Positions 27,621 to 32,000 of a stretch of DNA of 32,000 nt are shown here, piece by piece (the first letter of the stretch is position 1; the number at the start of each line of letters is the position of its first letter). Under the pieces are notes generated by a model that did not search any database, was not told the origin of the DNA, and saw only the letters and a list, made by a program, of their open reading frames with translations. Source of the stretch: an uncultured Candidatus Neoarthromitus sp. (lineage in GTDB: Bacteria > Bacillota > Clostridia > Clostridiales > Clostridiaceae); assembly GCA_937890765.1 (NCBI GenBank), contig CALADQ010000009.1:15339-47338 (forward strand). The letters run 5' to 3'. The position numbers were made by a program, and so were the translations under genes.

Positions 27621-28784
27621 ATGGATCCTAATTTTTTAATTGAATTATGCTTAATTTTGGTTTTAACTAAATTTCTTGGGTCTATCACAAACAAACTCAA
27701 AATAACAAATGTTGTTGGCGCTTTAATAGCTGGTATAATTTTGGGTCCTTCAGTGTTAAAAGTTGTTTCATACGATACATTTTGGGAATACGCATCTCAC
27801 ATAGGTGTTATTTTATTGATGTTCAATGCAGGACTTGAAACAGATTTAGATCACATAAAAAAAGTTGGGCTATCATCATTTTTAATCGCTACGATGGGAG
27901 TTATTTTACCTCTTATTGTTGGATTTTCAATTGGGTATTTTATAATGAACCTATCGTATTTAGACAGTATATTTTTAGGAATTATTTTTACCCCTACGTC
28001 TGTTTCAATAACATCTCAAACATTGAAAGACTTGAAAGCATTTTCTTCAAAGTCAGGCTCTGCAATTATGGGTTCTGCAATTATAGATGATATTTTGGGT
28101 GTTTTCATATTGACTCTTTTTGGAGGATCTTTAGGACAAGAAGTTGAAATTAAAAGTGTGTTAATTGGACTAGCTTTGTTTTTTGTGTTTGCATATTTGC
28201 TTATAAAATTTTTGCCAACATTCGTAAACAATTTCAGCATAAGCAAAGAGCATAAACACAGAATGCCACTTTATGCGCTAATTTTATGTTTTGCTATTTC
28301 ATTTATAAGTGAAGAATTTTTTCACGTTACTTCAATAATAGGCGCATATTTGACAGGTATTGTTTTTTCAAAATACGTTTTTCAACACACTGTCTACAAG
28401 CAATTAAATTATTTGAGCTACTTTATTTTTTCGCCAATATTTTTCGCAAGCATAGGAATGCAAACAAAATTATCTTCTTTCAATAAAACAATAATTATAT
28501 TTACAGTTATATTGTTTATTGGTGCTGCTTTAAGTAAATTTGTTGCTTGCTTCATAACATCAAAAATTTTGGGATATGAATTTTTGGACTCAGCAAAAAT
28601 AGGAGTCGGTATGATTTCGCGGGGTGAAGTTGCTTTAATTATAATGAACATAGGTATTGCTAATGGAATTTTAAAAGAATCTTTAGTTTCACCTCTCATA
28701 ATTGTTGTAATTTTGACCACGATAATAACTCCAATTCTTTTGTCGAGTTTGTATAAAATAAAACATTCTGTTAGGAATGCGTAA
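27621..28784 (+). CDS. Cation:proton antiporter (CPA2 / KefB-like, no C-terminal RCK domain)
   Basis: LGSITNKLKITNVVGALIAGIILGPSVLKVV...LLMFNAGLETDLDHIK...ISRGEVALIIMNIGIANGIL. GAGGAGG RBS supports ATG at about 27621. Confidence 0.88.
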   Translation: MDPNFLIELCLILVLTKFLGSITNKLKITNVVGALIAGIILGPSVLKVVSYDTFWEYASHIGVILLMFNAGLETDLDHIKKVGLSSFLIATMGVILPLIVGFSIGYFIMNLSYLDSIFLGIIFTPTSVSITSQTLKDLKAFSSKSGSAIMGSAIIDDILGVFILTLFGGSLGQEVEIKSVLIGLALFFVFAYLLIKFLPTFVNNFSISKEHKHRMPLYALILCFAISFISEEFFHVTSIIGAYLTGIVFSKYVFQHTVYKQLNYLSYFIFSPIFFASIGMQTKLSSFNKTIIIFTVILFIGAALSKFVACFITSKILGYEFLDSAKIGVGMISRGEVALIIMNIGIANGILKESLVSPLIIVVILTTIITPILLSSLYKIKHSVRNA

Positions 28785-28814
28785 AAGGCTGAACATTAAA
28801 TTGTCCAGCCTTTT
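28783..28814. terminator. Bidirectional intrinsic terminator between convergent genes
   Basis: AAAAGGCTG (28783-28791)/CAGCCTTTT (28806-28814). Confidence 0.8.
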
Positions 28815-31231
28815 TATAAGTTTATGATGTAAGCATTTCCTTTTAAAAATTCCACTTCTCTTTTTGTAGATACAAACAAAATAACTTGTCTATCCTTTGA
28901 ATATTTTTCAAGAAGCATCAAAGCTTTTTTCATTCTACTGTCATCATAAGACAAAAATAAATCATCTAAAATTAATGGAACTTCTCCCTTGTCTTCATAA
29001 ATTAAATCCGCAATTGTAATTCTAAGTGCGAAATAAATTAAGTCCCACATCCCAACATTTAAAAATTCTATTCCCAATCTTTCTTTAACTAAAACAGAAC
29101 CATCGCTTCCAACTCCACCACTTATTCTTCGCGTACTCAAAGAATCTTTATTCAGATATTTTATTACATAATCTATTCTGCTAGAAATTTCAGATGAAAA
29201 TGTTTCTTTTAGTTCATAATAAATATCCGTAACTTTATTTATATACATGTCTATGTTTATAATTTTACTTTCCAAATATGAGATTGTGCCTTTTAAAGAA
29301 TTTATTTCATCGTTTATTAAATTAACTTGATACTTATTGTTGTCATAATTTTTTAATTCACCTTTCAACAAACATATTTCAGTATCAATTTCTTTAAGCT
29401 CATTTTTCAAAAAAGTATATTCACTTTCTATTTGGGATTCAGTTTTAGAAACTCTAGTGTTTTCATATTCTTCAAGAGATTCCATTTCATTTATTAAATC
29501 GTATTTATTTCTATTGTTTAAAATATTTTTAAGCTCGTTCTTCTTAAGAGCTAATTCATTTTTCACACTTTCCCGGTGATTTAATTTAAATTCCAAATTA
29601 TCGATAAAATTTTCAATATCTTGTATGTATAAATCTTCAAATCCAAATCTTTTTAGCATATCAAGAAGAATTTTCTCTTCCTTTTTGAAAGACTTAATAA
29701 CGCTTGTATATGATAAATCTCCATCTTTAAATCTAAAACTCAATTCATCTAATTCATCTTCTATTTTTTTTATGTTGTCCACATCTTTTTTAATTTTGTA
29801 GTAACTATAAGGATAAAGTTCATTTTCTATTTTAGAGATTTGGTTTTTAAGGTCATAAAATTTAGAAGCTTGGGAATCTACATTTTCCAAATCTTTATAT
29901 TCTTTATACAATATTGAAACATACACAATCCCAACTAAAACTAACGAAGTTAAACTTATCAAAACAATCCCCATCTTATTTATATTTAACACTGGAGCGA
30001 ATACAGTTATCAACAAACATAATAACAAAACAGACAAACAAACTTTCTTGTATCCCTTTTTCTGTTTGTTCTTTTTGAGCCTTGAGGAATTTTTATACTT
30101 GTTAAACAAATTTCCAAAACGACTATTGCCCTTTATTTTATCTATTTCCATATTTAAATTTTCAATTTTCTTAACCTTATCCGTATAAAAAAGCAAATTA
30201 GATTTTACAACAACATATTTATCAAGCTCACGATTTAAATATTCAAAACGTTCAAACACCTTGCACTCTTCATTAAAATCAAGCTTATTAACTTTCAAAA
30301 CTTCTCTCTTACGCTCTTTATAAATTGAAACTCTCTGTTTAAGCTCGTCTATAAAATCTTTAGACAAATCTTCTCCATCAATTTTAGGAATGTCATCATC
30401 TATATTTTTAAAATCACTTTCTAGTTTATCAATTTCATCTTCTGTGCAACATAATTGGGAAACCAAATTTTTAAGATTTATGTATTTAAAATATTTTCTA
30501 CAAACTTCAACATTAGTAAAATTATTAATAAGTTGCTCTCTTCTCTTAATTAAAACATTCAACCTATTTTCATCCAAAGAATTTAAATGAACAACCTCAT
30601 TAGCTTGATTTAGCTTGTCCACCAATTTCGAATATTTTTCATAAAGCTCATTTAAATTCACAGAAACTTTTATATTTTTAATAACATCTTTCGCACTGTT
30701 AATTAATTCAACAGATCTATCAAACGAAAACCGATTATCGAAATTCTCTTTTATTTTTGAGATATCGTTCATAAGTTTAGAGTCGCCGTTTAAAGAAACA
30801 AAATCATCTATATTTTTAACAAACATAGTTCTGTTGAAAGCTTCGAATCCTATATCCAAAAAAGTTTTTCCTGGTTGATCTAAGTTCAAATTAAAAATTT
30901 TTTCACCATCACAAACTCTCGTAACACTACTTGAATCTTGAACCTTGGAACTCCCGAAGGTTCTTTCGATAGAATATTCTACATTATTCTTTTCAATAAC
31001 TAATTCTCCCTTAGTTCTCTCCATCGAGAAAGGAGAATATTTCCTCCTAAAAAAACTTTTCAACACTTTTCTATCATTATCCATACCGTATAAAAAACAA
31101 ACTATAAAATTTTGTATAATAGTTTTAACTTGCTTATTTTCAGTATAAATTATGTTAATTCCATTTTCTAAAGAAATACTTTTATTACTTATAAGACCGA
31201 AATTATTTATATTAATTTTCTTAATTTTCAT
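28814..31231 (-). CDS. Large coiled-coil ATPase-like protein of the YhaN/SbcC/RecN-like class with degenerate P-loop
   Basis: N-terminal MKIKKININNFGLISNKSISLENGINIIYTENKQVKTIIQNFIVCFLYGM; central coiled coil interrupted by TM pair (VCLSVLLLCLLITVFAPVLNINKMGIVLISLTSLVLVGIVYVSIL); C-terminal Walker B-like VPLILDDLFLSYDDSRMKKALMLL. Confidence 0.78.
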   Translation of the reverse strand: MKIKKININNFGLISNKSISLENGINIIYTENKQVKTIIQNFIVCFLYGMDNDRKVLKSFFRRKYSPFSMERTKGELVIEKNNVEYSIERTFGSSKVQDSSSVTRVCDGEKIFNLNLDQPGKTFLDIGFEAFNRTMFVKNIDDFVSLNGDSKLMNDISKIKENFDNRFSFDRSVELINSAKDVIKNIKVSVNLNELYEKYSKLVDKLNQANEVVHLNSLDENRLNVLIKRREQLINNFTNVEVCRKYFKYINLKNLVSQLCCTEDEIDKLESDFKNIDDDIPKIDGEDLSKDFIDELKQRVSIYKERKREVLKVNKLDFNEECKVFERFEYLNRELDKYVVVKSNLLFYTDKVKKIENLNMEIDKIKGNSRFGNLFNKYKNSSRLKKNKQKKGYKKVCLSVLLLCLLITVFAPVLNINKMGIVLISLTSLVLVGIVYVSILYKEYKDLENVDSQASKFYDLKNQISKIENELYPYSYYKIKKDVDNIKKIEDELDELSFRFKDGDLSYTSVIKSFKKEEKILLDMLKRFGFEDLYIQDIENFIDNLEFKLNHRESVKNELALKKNELKNILNNRNKYDLINEMESLEEYENTRVSKTESQIESEYTFLKNELKEIDTEICLLKGELKNYDNNKYQVNLINDEINSLKGTISYLESKIINIDMYINKVTDIYYELKETFSSEISSRIDYVIKYLNKDSLSTRRISGGVGSDGSVLVKERLGIEFLNVGMWDLIYFALRITIADLIYEDKGEVPLILDDLFLSYDDSRMKKALMLLEKYSKDRQVILFVSTKREVEFLKGNAYIINL

Positions 31232-31344
31232 AGAGTTACACGTCCTTGATAAAAGCTAAATTATCTATTTAAAATTTAAAATCTAAAATACAAAAAAATT
31301 CCAAAATGTTACATTAATACTATATATTAATAAATTTTATATTG

Positions 31345-31386
31345 CAATATCAAAGAAAAAAAAGCTATCACTTAAAAGCAATAGCT
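31345..31386 (-). terminator. Intrinsic terminator after carboxypeptidase gene
   Basis: Minus strand AGCTATTGC-TTTTAA-GTGATAGCT followed by TTTTTTTCTTTG. Confidence 0.75.
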
Positions 31387-31395
31387 CATTTATTT

Positions 31396-32000
31396 TCACC
31401 AAATCCTTTTATTTTTTTTAGGTCTAAATATTTTTAGTATCAAGAATATAAAAACCCCAACAACTAAAATAAACAAAATTATCACAAGAACATAAATCAA
31501 AATATTATCAAATATTATTCCTTTCATGTTCGCATAAACGTTGTATGATTTTTCATATTCCCCAATCGTAATTTTAAATTTACCTACTGGCTTACTTCCA
31601 TTTGTAAAAATATTTATATTATCCTTAGCAGTAATTTCAGTTTTTAAATTTTCCCTATTAAAATCATTATCATAAATATAAATGTCTTCTTTAAATTCTA
31701 TTGGAACAGATTCAACTTTCTCTGGACCAAAAAATCCAAACAATTTATATTTTAAATCTAAGTAACGAGAATAATCTTGACCTTTTGGAATAAAAACGGT
31801 TTTTTCTTTTGTCTTAGCTACTTCCATAAGGTTGAGCATATCTTTAAAAACATATGTATCTTCAGAATCATAAACCGACTTTAAAACGCAAATTATATAA
31901 GTCTTTCCATTAAGCTCAAATGCTCCAACTAAATTCCTACCTGCTCTTGATGTGTATCCCGTCTTTCCTCCAATCATACCTTCTGTTCCCAATAATTTAT
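31396..32000 (-). CDS. Serine-type D-Ala-D-Ala carboxypeptidase (PBP5/DacF-like), C-terminal part; start outside window
   Basis: GMIGGKTGYTSRAGRNLVGAFELNGKTYIICVL with KTG box; C-terminal TM anchor ILIYVLVIILFILVVGVFIFLILKIF. Confidence 0.85.
   Translation of the reverse strand, partial: KLLGTEGMIGGKTGYTSRAGRNLVGAFELNGKTYIICVLKSVYDSEDTYVFKDMLNLMEVAKTKEKTVFIPKGQDYSRYLDLKYKLFGFFGPEKVESVPIEFKEDIYIYDNDFNRENLKTEITAKDNINIFTNGSKPVGKFKITIGEYEKSYNVYANMKGIIFDNILIYVLVIILFILVVGVFIFLILKIFRPKKNKRIW

Noticed and set aside
28016-28720. Minus-strand track ORFs 28016..28246 and 28418..28720
   Set aside because: Antisense to the antiporter gene.
30390-31148. Plus-strand track ORFs 30390..30590 and 30945..31148
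   Set aside because: Antisense to the 805-aa ATPase-like gene, which is an uninterrupted long ORF.
1-32000. Looked for CRISPR arrays, tRNA/rRNA genes, transposases and direct-repeat boundaries
   Set aside because: No regularly spaced repeats, tRNA-like GGTTCGAATCC-type motifs or transposase motifs were recognised by eye; a tRNAscan/Infernal run would be needed to exclude them fully.

Overview
This is a low-GC, Firmicutes/Clostridia-like chromosomal window. No rRNA, tRNA, CRISPR array, integrase or transposase was recognised. Left to right it holds: (1) a partial uppP on the minus strand, a membrane-anchored TPR protein, and an uncharacterised 305-aa protein just upstream of a murT-gatD peptidoglycan-amidation pair; (2) a phosphodiester-glycosidase/NAGPA-domain protein and an Ltp-type lipoprotein; (3) a minus-strand surface/glycan cluster with three tandem paralogous GT2 glycosyltransferases, a 622-aa protein with a TylF/MycF-like methyltransferase C-terminus, a secreted DUF4214-type protein, a small membrane-anchored unknown, and a divergent dTDP-glucose-4,6-dehydratase-like SDR; (4) a nucleobase salvage block with adenine deaminase behind a C74-type (guanine-class) purine riboswitch, and codB-codA behind a PyrR-type attenuator; (5) a SunS-like glycosyltransferase convergent with a second, paralogous DUF4214 protein; (6) an LspA-like protein, a CPA2-type antiporter, a YhaN/SbcC-like large ATPase with an apparently degraded Walker A, and the 3' end of a D-Ala-D-Ala carboxypeptidase gene. 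The best leads are: the pair of paralogous DUF4214 surface proteins, each next to glycosylation-type enzymes (candidate surface-protein glycosylation system); the two RNA switches controlling base deaminases, with readable expression platforms; the degraded-P-loop ATPase; and the long hairpin-rich minus-strand leader at about 26.2-26.75 kb. All family calls come from reading motifs; no database search was run.
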